Source: a virus (taxonomy: Duplodnaviria > Caudoviricetes). Taken from it: DNA of 64,000 nt. Positions 30,798-40,152 of the stretch are shown piece by piece. The translations under genes and the position numbers were made by a program. The notes beneath the pieces are model-generated. The model had not been told where the DNA came from, did not search any database, and worked only from the letters and a program-made list of their open reading frames with translations. The stretch is taken from positions 64,001 through 128,000 of the IMG/VR virus record IMGVR_UViG_3300013947_000019; one strand, written 5' to 3'. Positions within the stretch are counted from its first letter, which is position 1. Each line of letters opens with the position of its first letter.

Positions 30798-32921
30798 TTG
30801 TTACATGTGTTTAGTGAACTGACCGCTCTCTTATCTGGGCTTGACGTAGCTAAGAGCAGCGGTGGAAATAGTAAGAAGCTTGCAAAGACAATATTAAGGG
30901 GCAGCAATAGTAGAATTGGTTCTATTAGCGCATATAGTTCTAATTCTATTTTTTACTTCCCTACCATTGTTTCTGATCAAATGATGCCGTCTGAGCAGCA
31001 GATGATTATTCGTATGATCGAAAAGAACTATGCATCTTTCGTTATCGCTTGTATCAATCTGATGCCGGTTCATCATGTTAAAGCTGATGATGCTTCAGCT
31101 ATTACTGATTATCTGCGTAAGTTCCATCAGAATATGGGAATGAAGTATGTTGATCCTAATTTCACTGCTAAGCTGAATGTAGAGTTCAACAGAGCTCTTG
31201 GTGAAGCTGCAAATGTTACCGAACAGGATTTCAACGACTTCCAGGATTTCCTGTATGAATGCTGGCAGAAATCTAAGGCTACTAATACTGACTTTATCAA
31301 GATCGTTTCTGAGACTATTTCCATTAACGACATGTTTAACAAAGATCCATTAGATCCTCGTACTAGGATTCTTCAGGAACAGTTCAATCGTCAGCTGGAA
31401 GAGATGGAGGAGTGGGGATTCCTTGGTGAAGCCACTGCTGACATGTTTGATGATGATATGGAACTGACTGATGAAGATTTGGCTGATCTGGATGAAGAAG
31501 ATCCTGATGATGAGGACGAAGATCCTGAACTGTCTAAGATGATTGATCAGATGCTTGGTGAGAATGCTACTATGAATGAAGGCAATGTCCATCAGGCTAT
31601 CAATTCGATCAAGTTTTCGTTGGAATCTGTCTCTGAGAATAAGATTCTTTCTTGCCAATCTCTTACTAAGCTGAATGGTTTGGAAGGTAGACTGAAGAAA
31701 CTGAAGGGGAAGTATGCTAAATATCTGAATAGATATAAGGCTAAGGTTAAAGAGAATAAGGATAATGGGACGAAGAAGTCCCTTGCTATTCGCTTTAATA
31801 ATGCAATGATCTCTAATCCTAAGGCTTTTATGCAGCAGTATGGTGAATATATCAAGATCATTAATCGCAGATTGAAATTGATTGAAAAACGTCGTGCTGA
31901 ACTTCGTAAGCGTAAAGGCCTGTCTGAATCTGTTGGTGAAGTTAATCCTTTAACTGATATCACTAAGATGGATTTCGATGCAGTTGATTATTGCATTCGC
32001 TCTATTGATGAATCATTGAATGCTCCTGATAGTGATATCTTTGTTCTCACTGAAGCTAAAGGTAAGGATGAAGATGATGACGATGCTGTTATCATGACCG
32101 TACGCGATAAGAAGCGTCTTGCTCAGTATGATGCAGATGCTGAAAAGCGTAAGGAAGATGATGATAAGATCAAGAAGTGGAAGAAGGATTCCGAAGATCT
32201 GGAGAATCGTAAGAAGAATCAGAAGAGATCTCCTCTTGCTACTACTCCTTTCTCTGAAAGATCAGTCTTTACTGATATGGATGTAAAGAAAGCCAATGAT
32301 GCTATGCCGATGTTTGCAAAAGCAAGTATCAACTTTGTCATTGACGATACTGGTGAGACGATGCAGAGAGATCTGCTCGTTGGTATCAAGGCTTATATTC
32401 ATTTGGCTCCTGCTGCTGATCTGATCAATGATATTTATAACTGTATCATTAATAAGAGAAAGTTCCTTCGCTTTGTAAAGTTTGTTACTGGTGAAGAGAG
32501 ATCTCTGACTGATCTGTTATTTGGTATCCGTGAGCTGAAGACTGATGCTCTCTCCAATAGATCTGAATCTGGTAAGTGGAGAAGTGCATTCCGTTCTCGT
32601 CGTCGTTGGGCCAAGATCTCTGTGCCTACCCTGATGAAGGAGTATACTCCTAATGGTACCCTGGTAATTACTATGAATGAAGTGAATTATCTGAAGGATC
32701 ATTATGGTATTGATATCATGCGTCCTGATCATGTCAAGATGTTAATGGATGCTGATTTCCTTCTGGGCTTTGTTGTTATCGATCAGGCCAATGAGATGGT
32801 CCATGTTACCTATGATGGGCACGGATATGGATTCCAGCAGTATACGTATGCTATGCTTGAGCGTTCTGCTGAAATGTCTCAGCGAGAAGTAATGCAATTA
32901 TATCGTGCTTTTAAATCATAA
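30798..32921 (+). CDS. putative virion (head) structural protein
   Basis: ~705 aa (GTG 30807 likely start); acidic insert with several LGE|A, MNE|G, LSE|S, LTE|A sites; late promoter. Confidence 0.55.
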   Translation: MLHVFSELTALLSGLDVAKSSGGNSKKLAKTILRGSNSRIGSISAYSSNSIFYFPTIVSDQMMPSEQQMIIRMIEKNYASFVIACINLMPVHHVKADDASAITDYLRKFHQNMGMKYVDPNFTAKLNVEFNRALGEAANVTEQDFNDFQDFLYECWQKSKATNTDFIKIVSETISINDMFNKDPLDPRTRILQEQFNRQLEEMEEWGFLGEATADMFDDDMELTDEDLADLDEEDPDDEDEDPELSKMIDQMLGENATMNEGNVHQAINSIKFSLESVSENKILSCQSLTKLNGLEGRLKKLKGKYAKYLNRYKAKVKENKDNGTKKSLAIRFNNAMISNPKAFMQQYGEYIKIINRRLKLIEKRRAELRKRKGLSESVGEVNPLTDITKMDFDAVDYCIRSIDESLNAPDSDIFVLTEAKGKDEDDDDAVIMTVRDKKRLAQYDADAEKRKEDDDKIKKWKKDSEDLENRKKNQKRSPLATTPFSERSVFTDMDVKKANDAMPMFAKASINFVIDDTGETMQRDLLVGIKAYIHLAPAADLINDIYNCIINKRKFLRFVKFVTGEERSLTDLLFGIRELKTDALSNRSESGKWRSAFRSRRRWAKISVPTLMKEYTPNGTLVITMNEVNYLKDHYGIDIMRPDHVKMLMDADFLLGFVVIDQANEMVHVTYDGHGYGFQQYTYAMLERSAEMSQREVMQLYRAFKS

Positions 32922-32927
32922 TGATTG

Positions 32928-32997
32928 AATACCCTAACATGATAATATGATAGAGTAATTATATATCTTTGTCATATTATCATGAAAATGGGGTATT
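32928..32997 (+). promoter_or_regulatory. RBS-sequestering hairpin with embedded late promoter
   Basis: CATGATAATATGA(32938-50)/TCATATTATCATG(32972-84) plus AATACCC/GGGTATT; AACA-TGATAA-TA in 5' arm. Confidence 0.6.
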
Positions 32998-33003
32998 TAA
33001 ATT

Positions 33004-34047
33004 ATGGGTAACAATACGGATTTAACTGGACAGACATTTGATAAGTTAAAAGTAATTAGTTTCTATAAATCAATTAAAGGGTCTAAATATTGGTTGTGCC
33101 AATGCGATTGCGGAAATACTAAAATCGTAAGCACTTCTAGCTTAAGATCTAAATATGTTAGATCTTGTGGGTGTTTAGTAAAAGATAGTCACCCATATGA
33201 AGATTTAACGGGAAAAACTTTCAATATGTTAACAGTTAAACAATATGATCATACTGATAATAATGGTCATATTTATTGGTTGTGCCAATGCGATTGCGGA
33301 AACTATACAATTGTCCCATCTGGTAGATTAAAATATGGATATACTAAATCTTGTGGTTGTTTAAGACGTATTATTAGTAAACATCCGAGAATGCAATATG
33401 GTATTTATACTAAATATGGTAGATTTATAAAACAGTCGCCAATTGTAGAAACATATAGAAGCATGGTTGATCGATGTTATAACCCTAATAATGACTCATA
33501 TGAGCGTTATAAAAATATAGGAATTGACACAAGATGGTATGATAATAATAAAAAACATAATCCATGGTATTATGATTTAACCGGCTTAGTTAATTTTATC
33601 AATGATATGTATCCAAGCTATGAAGAACATATTGCTAAGTATGGACAGCATAATACATCATTAGATAGAATTAATGGAAAAAATAGGTATTCTAAAGAAA
33701 ATTGTAGATGGGCAACTTCTATTGTTCAAAATAATAATTTATCTTCAAATCGTCATGTGTTTGACGGTGAAGAAATACTCACTTTTTCCGAATGTGTTAG
33801 AAAATATATACCGATGAATTTATTATCTGAAGCATACCAAAAAGCCCCTGGAAATGTGTTCACTGTAAAATTAAATCGTGGATGGTCTGTTAATCAAATT
33901 TTAGCAATGTTTAAACATGCTAAAACTGATAATAGACTTTTGAAAAAATCTGAATTAAAAAATATTATGATTTGGAAAATTGATCAAAAATTAGTATATG
34001 AAAAATATCCAGATGAAGTTAGATTGCCTGGATATGAAAATTCATAA
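33004..34047 (+). CDS. free-standing HNH-type homing endonuclease
   Basis: Two DLTG.TF..L.V..WLCQCDCG..SCGCL repeats; SMVDRCYN; SLDRIN..YSKENCRWAT; more AT-rich than neighbours. Confidence 0.85.
   Translation: MGNNTDLTGQTFDKLKVISFYKSIKGSKYWLCQCDCGNTKIVSTSSLRSKYVRSCGCLVKDSHPYEDLTGKTFNMLTVKQYDHTDNNGHIYWLCQCDCGNYTIVPSGRLKYGYTKSCGCLRRIISKHPRMQYGIYTKYGRFIKQSPIVETYRSMVDRCYNPNNDSYERYKNIGIDTRWYDNNKKHNPWYYDLTGLVNFINDMYPSYEEHIAKYGQHNTSLDRINGKNRYSKENCRWATSIVQNNNLSSNRHVFDGEEILTFSECVRKYIPMNLLSEAYQKAPGNVFTVKLNRGWSVNQILAMFKHAKTDNRLLKKSELKNIMIWKIDQKLVYEKYPDEVRLPGYENS
33088..33302 (+). repeat. 29-nt exact direct repeat (33088-33116; 33274-33302)
   Basis: TATTGGTTGTGCCAATGCGATTGCGGAAA twice, encoding YWLCQCDCG. 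Confidence 0.85.
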
Positions 34048-34070
34048 TAGAAAGTGGGGTGAAACCCATT

Positions 34071-35084
34071 ATGGCTAATTCTACATATGCTAATTTCTTA
34101 GTCGAATGTGGCTTTGAAGTCAATAAACCTGACTTCATCTTCTTAGATGAAGCTAATCAGGTACAGATTACTGATGAAGCACTCACTGGTATGATGAAGT
34201 TCATTACTGATAAATACAATAGTATTGATTTCAGTGAAATTGAGAAATCTGCTGGTGATTATAGTCGCTTTAAGTATAACAAGATGCTTGATGCTAATAT
34301 CAGAACTCTGAGAGATATTTATGAAGTAGCAGCTGAGACCGATAAGGGTGCTGCAAAGTATCTGGAAGTTATTGAAACCTGCTATGGTGTCATTAACTTA
34401 TTGACTGGATATCGCTCTGAGTTTACTACTCTGTACAAGGCTGGTAATGGTATCGTTCAGCTCCTCTATACATCATTGGTTGCAGGCCTGATTTATTGTA
34501 TCGGTATTTTGGTCAGTAATACAATTCGATTTGTTACTACCGAGAAAGATACAGATTGTGAAGTCCTGTTTGATGAGATTCCTGGCACGATTCGCAATTG
34601 TCATATTAAGAATATTCAGTTTGCAGCTAAGTCTGCTCCTGATTTCAGAAAATATTTGGATGACTGTATGATGAGATTGGAAAAGAGATCCAATATGTCT
34701 GAGAGTATTACTCTTGGTGCCACTCTTATTGGCATTGGTATCGGATTATATATGCTTCCCAAGGTGATCGTATTAATCCGTGAGATTATCTATTCGATCT
34801 ATTGTACTCGTACCAAGATCTCTGATATGCTTGCCGTTCAGCAGGATCTGATTAAGACGAATATTGAGTCTTTGGAAGCAGGTCGTGGTGATAAGAAGGT
34901 TATTGCTCGTCAGCGTAAGTGGGCAGAGTGGTTAGAGAAGTGGAAGAACCGTTTTGCTATGAAGGCTGATACTGTTGATAACTTAAAGCGAGCTCAGATG
35001 AAGAAAGAGAATGCTGCTCTTCGGATTGATAAGAATAGTCCGCTTATGAATCCGGATGAGTCCACCTCTGGAATTCTGCTGTAA
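34071..35084 (+). CDS. putative virion structural protein
   Basis: ORF 34059..35084; hydrophobic segments, MSE|S site. Confidence 0.6.
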   Translation: MANSTYANFLVECGFEVNKPDFIFLDEANQVQITDEALTGMMKFITDKYNSIDFSEIEKSAGDYSRFKYNKMLDANIRTLRDIYEVAAETDKGAAKYLEVIETCYGVINLLTGYRSEFTTLYKAGNGIVQLLYTSLVAGLIYCIGILVSNTIRFVTTEKDTDCEVLFDEIPGTIRNCHIKNIQFAAKSAPDFRKYLDDCMMRLEKRSNMSESITLGATLIGIGIGLYMLPKVIVLIREIIYSIYCTRTKISDMLAVQQDLIKTNIESLEAGRGDKKVIARQRKWAEWLEKWKNRFAMKADTVDNLKRAQMKKENAALRIDKNSPLMNPDESTSGILL

Positions 35085-35101
35085 GAAAGGGGTAATGAAA
35101 G

Positions 35102-36136
35102 ATGTTTGATAACTTCACTCTCTGCCCCGGTGGAGCATTCATGCTTCATGAATCCGTAGCAGAGTTCGATGCTAATGTTGCTCAGGCTCCTGTTGAAGCT
35201 AGTCCAGCTGATACACAGGTAGTTGAGAATATAAAGACTGAGCTTGCCAAAGCTCCTCAGGATTATTGTCCAGTTGGAGCTTTAGTTGAAAAGCTTCGTC
35301 CTACGTATCAGATGATTATGAATATTCGTCGTGAATATCTTGATCCTGATACTTCTGAGGAACAGATTGCTTTGTTAAATAAGATCTCCAATGCTGCTAC
35401 TGAAATTGCAGATTTAATGAGATGTATTTTGGTTAAGCAGAGTTCATTTGTTAATTTCGCTGATAGAGATTATACATGGAGGTTTGAACCTCTTCACAAT
35501 CATTTAGGTTGGTTCATCAAGAACTATAGTAGGATCCTTGGCGCAGGATATGGAACATATACACGCAGTATGATCTATGTCCCTGGCCTGAGTCCATATG
35601 AAGTTAACAGAGCATGTTCCATGTATATTGCGAGTTGTGACTCTTTACAGTCTACTACATTTGATATCAATACGCTGTATAAGATCACGAACTATAATAA
35701 GAATGATCAAGTCTTTGAGTCTACTGAAGATCTGTTCAATGTCTTATTCAATGATCCTGAGCGTATGGGTAGATTAACTCGCACTACTACTGATTCATAT
35801 GATCTGGAAGGTATTATTAATTCCACTGCTAATACTTGCCCAATCGCAAGATGTGAAGGTGATGGAAATATGTATCATGCAGATCTGATAAGATGGATCA
35901 GTAAAACTTTACGTATGGTTAAATGTGGATGCTATGACTGCCAGTGTGATATTATGGATAACAACCTTGATGGTTCTTTCATGAGTCACGTTCGTCCCCT
36001 GGTGGCTGGAGTACTCAACATTTTCTACATCAGTGCGATTACATTATTCGCCGATGCATATACCATTAAGTCTATTATGGATAATCGTAAGTCTCTTGAG
36101 GCTTATGTGAATGAAGTAATAACGAATGTTAAGTAA
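35102..36136 (+). CDS. putative virion protein
   Basis: 344 aa in structural cluster; LHE|S site. Confidence 0.55.
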   Translation: MFDNFTLCPGGAFMLHESVAEFDANVAQAPVEASPADTQVVENIKTELAKAPQDYCPVGALVEKLRPTYQMIMNIRREYLDPDTSEEQIALLNKISNAATEIADLMRCILVKQSSFVNFADRDYTWRFEPLHNHLGWFIKNYSRILGAGYGTYTRSMIYVPGLSPYEVNRACSMYIASCDSLQSTTFDINTLYKITNYNKNDQVFESTEDLFNVLFNDPERMGRLTRTTTDSYDLEGIINSTANTCPIARCEGDGNMYHADLIRWISKTLRMVKCGCYDCQCDIMDNNLDGSFMSHVRPLVAGVLNIFYISAITLFADAYTIKSIMDNRKSLEAYVNEVITNVK

Positions 36137-36163
36137 TATCCGATGTAAATCGTGATATAAATA

Positions 36164-36176
36164 AACAATGATATAA
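36164..36176 (+). promoter_or_regulatory. putative late promoter
   Basis: AACA-ATGATA-TAA. Confidence 0.6.
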
Positions 36177-36267
36177 TACCCTTTATGCTGGATAATACCC
36201 TAAAATATCCTGTAAATTGAAATATCTGTTTTCATGAAAACTTTCTATGTAAGGAGGTACTTCCAAG

Positions 36268-37332
36268 ATGGTTGATTTTTCTAAGATCATGGCACTGTCT
36301 GAGGCCACCAATGGCTTCAATGGCGGTTCTTTTGTGGATGAAATGCCCAACTATACTTTGGATGAGGCCGTTTGCTATCTGCCCATGATGATCATGGAAT
36401 CTCAGATGGAGCAGTATGATACCGTTGCTGCTCAGAATGAGCTGATTGTTGAGGCTGTTGTGTCCAGTGTTCAGACTGGTGATAACTCCAATTTTGAGTC
36501 CATCACTGAGGCTGGTATTAAGAGCCTGTGGGAGAAGGCTAAGGCAACTTTCGAGAAGATCGGTAAGTTCCTGTCTACGATCATTGCTAAGATTAAGGCT
36601 TTTATCGTTGCACGTAAGGCTAAGTCTGAAGAGTTTTATAAGAAGTATGCTGAGAAGATCGATCCTTCTAAGTGTGAGGGTAAGACTTTTACTGGTTATA
36701 GCTTCGATAAGGATATCAAGCTGAATGCTGATATCGATAAGATTCTGAGTGATGTATATGGCTCTGCCTATGCTCACTTTGATGCCAATAAGACTTCTGG
36801 TGTTGAGGCTCTGACCGATGATCATGCTGGTCGTATGCGTCAGGTTGCTTCCAAGGCTACTGGTATTGAGCTCGCTAACCAGGATTGGAGCAATGAGCTG
36901 ACTGGTAAGCTGTATGATGATAATAAGAAATCTGAGATGAAGTATGGTGAGAAGTGCTTCAAGCTCGAGGAGATCAAGAAGACTCTGACTGATATGGGTC
37001 CTGTCAATGAGCTCTCCAAGGGCTATGAGAAGATGCTGACCGATGTTAAGTCCAAGCTCAATCAGGTTGGTACGTATGAGCGTGCTGAGGAGAATGAGAA
37101 GGATTCCGATCGCTATAAGTATCTGAATAACTACATCACTGCTTACTCTGAGGTTCATAATGCTCTGGCTAGTGTTCAGGCTATTGCTAAGAAGTATTAT
37201 GATGCTAAGTGGACTCAGGCTACCCAGATGCTGATGGTTCTGGCTGGTAGTGCTAAGAAGGCCAAGGAAGAGAAGCCTGCTGAGGAAAAGCCCGAGGATA
37301 ATAAGCCTGAAGAGAAGAAGGAGGAGAAGTAA
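36268..37332 (+). CDS. internal head (ejection) protein, paralog 1
   Basis: Acidic propeptide then ITE|AG and amphipathic helix IKSLWEKAKATFEKIGKFL; strong codon bias. Confidence 0.65.
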   Translation: MVDFSKIMALSEATNGFNGGSFVDEMPNYTLDEAVCYLPMMIMESQMEQYDTVAAQNELIVEAVVSSVQTGDNSNFESITEAGIKSLWEKAKATFEKIGKFLSTIIAKIKAFIVARKAKSEEFYKKYAEKIDPSKCEGKTFTGYSFDKDIKLNADIDKILSDVYGSAYAHFDANKTSGVEALTDDHAGRMRQVASKATGIELANQDWSNELTGKLYDDNKKSEMKYGEKCFKLEEIKKTLTDMGPVNELSKGYEKMLTDVKSKLNQVGTYERAEENEKDSDRYKYLNNYITAYSEVHNALASVQAIAKKYYDAKWTQATQMLMVLAGSAKKAKEEKPAEEKPEDNKPEEKKEEK

Positions 37333-37334
37333 TC

Positions 37335-38630
37335 ATGCTTAACGTATTTACTCTTTCCGCCTCTATCAATGAGTCTATCAACACTGCTCCTAAGGCTGTT
37401 GAGGAGCCTATCGTTGAAGAGGCTCTGCCCTGCTATGATTTTGCTGGTACTATCGATGAGGCTACTCAGAACCTGGATTATATGGTTATGATGGAATCTC
37501 TGGAAGCCAAGGCTTATTCTGTTGGTGCTGACGAGATTATGGTTGAGTGCGCTATCTCTCATCCTGAGAATTTTGATGCTCTGTGTGAGGCTGCTGGTGA
37601 AAGCTTCATTAAGAAGATTGGTGCTGCCATTCAGAAGGCTATTGCTTTTGTTGGTGGTTTGATGAAGAAGCTGGCTGATTGGATTGTTTCTATTACCACT
37701 AAGACTGGTGCTTATAAGAAGCAGATGAAGGCCGCTATTAGCAAGTGCCATGCCGATAGCAGAGTTGAGTTAGATGCATATGATTATGATCTGTCCAAGC
37801 TGAATGTCATTGATGATGCCACTAAGACTCTCGTTGAGAAGTATGTTGGTAAGCTGAATGATGACTGTGATGGTCTGGCTGATGCCGCTGAGTATTGCTA
37901 CATTGCTAGCAAGTATAATCGTGAAGTTGATATCGGTGGTTCTTTCGATCATACTAAGGTCGAGGATATCAATAAGGTTCTCGATTCTCGTCTGGAAGAT
38001 GCTAAGAAGGCTATTGATGAGGACTCTCCCATCTATAAGGAGTTCCAGGAGCTGCTTAAGGTCTCTGGTGACTATGATAATGTGAAGGGTGTTCTGTCTG
38101 GTCTGGCTGATGCTGTTCGCGGCGAGAAGACCAAGGTTAAGATCGAGACCAATTCTGATGCTTTTACTATTGTCGAAGGTATGGATGAGGCTCATAAATC
38201 CATGAGTGGTTTCATCGATGCTCTGAAGGGTTATCAGAAGGCTCTTAATGGTGCTCTGAAGCAGCTGAATCGCATCAAGGTTGATGATAAGGATGCCTTC
38301 ACGAAGGGTACTGCTAGTGCTGCATCTAAGGTTGCTGAGGATAAGGCTGGCGAAGAGGGTGCATCTAAGGCTGATGCCAAGAAGGCTGCTTCTGCTATTC
38401 TTACTAAGGCTAGCCAGCTGTATGGTGCACTGTATTCTCGTTATGTTGGTGTTATTAATCAGATGACGATGATGATCAATGCATCTCAGACGACGATTCG
38501 TACTCTGGTGAATGAGAAGATTGCTGCTGATGTCTCTCTGCTGAATGCTTATATTCGTGCAGATAAGTCTGCTAAGAAGAATAGCACTGCTCTTAAGGGC
38601 GAAGTTCTTCCCGCAGGTAAGACTGAGTAA
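37335..38630 (+). CDS. internal head protein, paralog 2
   Basis: Same architecture: LCE|AAGESFIKKIGAAIQKAIAFV. Confidence 0.65.
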   Translation: MLNVFTLSASINESINTAPKAVEEPIVEEALPCYDFAGTIDEATQNLDYMVMMESLEAKAYSVGADEIMVECAISHPENFDALCEAAGESFIKKIGAAIQKAIAFVGGLMKKLADWIVSITTKTGAYKKQMKAAISKCHADSRVELDAYDYDLSKLNVIDDATKTLVEKYVGKLNDDCDGLADAAEYCYIASKYNREVDIGGSFDHTKVEDINKVLDSRLEDAKKAIDEDSPIYKEFQELLKVSGDYDNVKGVLSGLADAVRGEKTKVKIETNSDAFTIVEGMDEAHKSMSGFIDALKGYQKALNGALKQLNRIKVDDKDAFTKGTASAASKVAEDKAGEEGASKADAKKAASAILTKASQLYGALYSRYVGVINQMTMMINASQTTIRTLVNEKIAADVSLLNAYIRADKSAKKNSTALKGEVLPAGKTE

Positions 38631-38659
38631 TTTCTCATATAACCGCACTAAATAAAATA

Positions 38660-38698
38660 GGGGGGGGGGGCAAAATGCCCTCCTCCCTTTTATTTTTT
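38660..38698 (+). terminator. intrinsic terminator
   Basis: G11-C..GCCCTCCTCCC stem then T-run. Confidence 0.65.
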
Positions 38699-38801
38699 CA
38701 TATAACATTTTTGCTGTAATTTTACCCATATAATAAAATACCCTATTTGATACAATTTTGTGATAATATAAATAAAATAAAAAAGAAAAGGGGTTAAATA
38801 T

Positions 38802-40073
38802 ATGATTGATATTAGCAAATTGATTTCAATCAGTGAATCTGCTGGTGCAGCTGTTCAGTTACAGGAACCTATTATTGAGTGTCCTGAAGAGTATAAAAAT
38901 TTATCTATGACTGAATCTTCTCTGTATTTTGAGAATCAGATGCTTAAGTGTGAACTTGAGTATAGAGATATCATGGATGAATCTGTGAATACTATGATTC
39001 AGGATATGCTGGATCGCCAGAATGGTATTGTGAATGAGGCTGCTGGTAGCTTTAAAGATAAAATTAAGAAAATAAAAGATTATATTGTTAAATTCTTTAC
39101 TACAATTTTTAATGCTATCAAAAACTTTATAGTAAAAGTTGGAGAAAAATTAAAAATTATTAATAAGACATTAGATGTATCAGTTCTGGATAATGCTTCT
39201 ATTATGAAGCCAAAAACTTTTATTCTTGACGATGATGATAAAACGTATAGCTTTATTATTAAGCTTAGACCATTCAGTATCACTGATCCAAATTGTTCTA
39301 ATGAAATTTCGGATAAAATTAATACAACATTTGATAAATTATATGATATAATTGAAAAAGTTGTATTAGATAAGCAAACGTTGGATAGGGATAATGTCAA
39401 AGAAGTACTTAATAATATAAAAGATAATAGACTTGATTTCGATGATGATGTTGTTGATATATTTGATAATTGTAGTAAAGATGGTCAATATAAAAATCAT
39501 AGCAAATATGGTAGTGCAAGTAAAAGCGGTGAAGTTAAATCCCGTTTTGATGTATCAGAAGACTCAGTCGAAATAACTTTTAAATTATCGGATTATATGA
39601 AAATCGATGATTCCAAATCTGATGATTTCTTTATTGATCTTGTTAAGAAATCAACAGGAGTAGATTATCAGAATATACTGCCCGGCATTAATAAATATCT
39701 GAAAGATATGGAAACATTATCTAAAAAGTTACTTGTGAATAAAGAAAAACTTGAGCAACTTGTAGATAAAATTAATTTCACAGATAATAATAAGGATGCT
39801 GGTAAGGTTGATGCAAAAACGAATTTAATGTTTGAAATTGCAAGAGCAACTTATCACTTATATGACTATACTACTGGTTTATGTATTAGTAATATTTATA
39901 GCATCCTGGCTAATAAGGCAGCTTTTACAAAAGCTTTTATTGCAGCTAAGCATGACTATATCATGTGGAGCAATAATAATGGCAAGAAGAAAAGATATAC
40001 TAATAAAAATGAAGAAGAAGATGCAAAATCTCGTAAGAAGAATAGCGATGATTTTGATGCTGACGATGATTAA
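38802..40073 (+). CDS. internal head protein, paralog 3
   Basis: VNE|AAGSFKDKIKKIKDYIVKFF; AT-rich C-terminal part. Confidence 0.65.
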   Translation: MIDISKLISISESAGAAVQLQEPIIECPEEYKNLSMTESSLYFENQMLKCELEYRDIMDESVNTMIQDMLDRQNGIVNEAAGSFKDKIKKIKDYIVKFFTTIFNAIKNFIVKVGEKLKIINKTLDVSVLDNASIMKPKTFILDDDDKTYSFIIKLRPFSITDPNCSNEISDKINTTFDKLYDIIEKVVLDKQTLDRDNVKEVLNNIKDNRLDFDDDVVDIFDNCSKDGQYKNHSKYGSASKSGEVKSRFDVSEDSVEITFKLSDYMKIDDSKSDDFFIDLVKKSTGVDYQNILPGINKYLKDMETLSKKLLVNKEKLEQLVDKINFTDNNKDAGKVDAKTNLMFEIARATYHLYDYTTGLCISNIYSILANKAAFTKAFIAAKHDYIMWSNNNGKKKRYTNKNEEEDAKSRKKNSDDFDADDD

Positions 40074-40076
40074 TAT

Positions 40077-40106
40077 AAAAGTCCTCCATTTATTTGGAGG
40101 ACTTTT
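40077..40106 (+). terminator. intrinsic terminator
   Basis: AAAAGTCCTCCA..TGGAGGACTTTT. Confidence 0.75.
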
Positions 40107-40117
40107 TCTATTTCCAG

Positions 40118-40130
40118 AACATATTAATAA
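40118..40130 (+). promoter_or_regulatory. putative late promoter
   Basis: AACA-TATTAA-TAA. Confidence 0.6.
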
Positions 40131-40152
40131 TCTGAAGAAAGGTGGGATATCT

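Noticed and set aside
32922-34058. HNH at 33004 as part of a third intron
   Set aside because: No R/S core elements and only a few nt between its stop and the next RBS; both flanking genes look complete.
38660-38670. G11 homopolymer as phase-variation tract
   Set aside because: Intergenic and forms the 5' arm of a terminator stem.
36232-38729. Long antisense ORFs (36232-37158, 37770-38729; likewise 3473-4204, 24560-25330, 46464-47450)
   Set aside because: Shadow frames of codon-biased genes on the opposite strand.
39832-40152. N-terminal extension of ORF 39832..41172
   Set aside because: Overlaps the upstream gene, a terminator and a promoter; real start is probably 40153.
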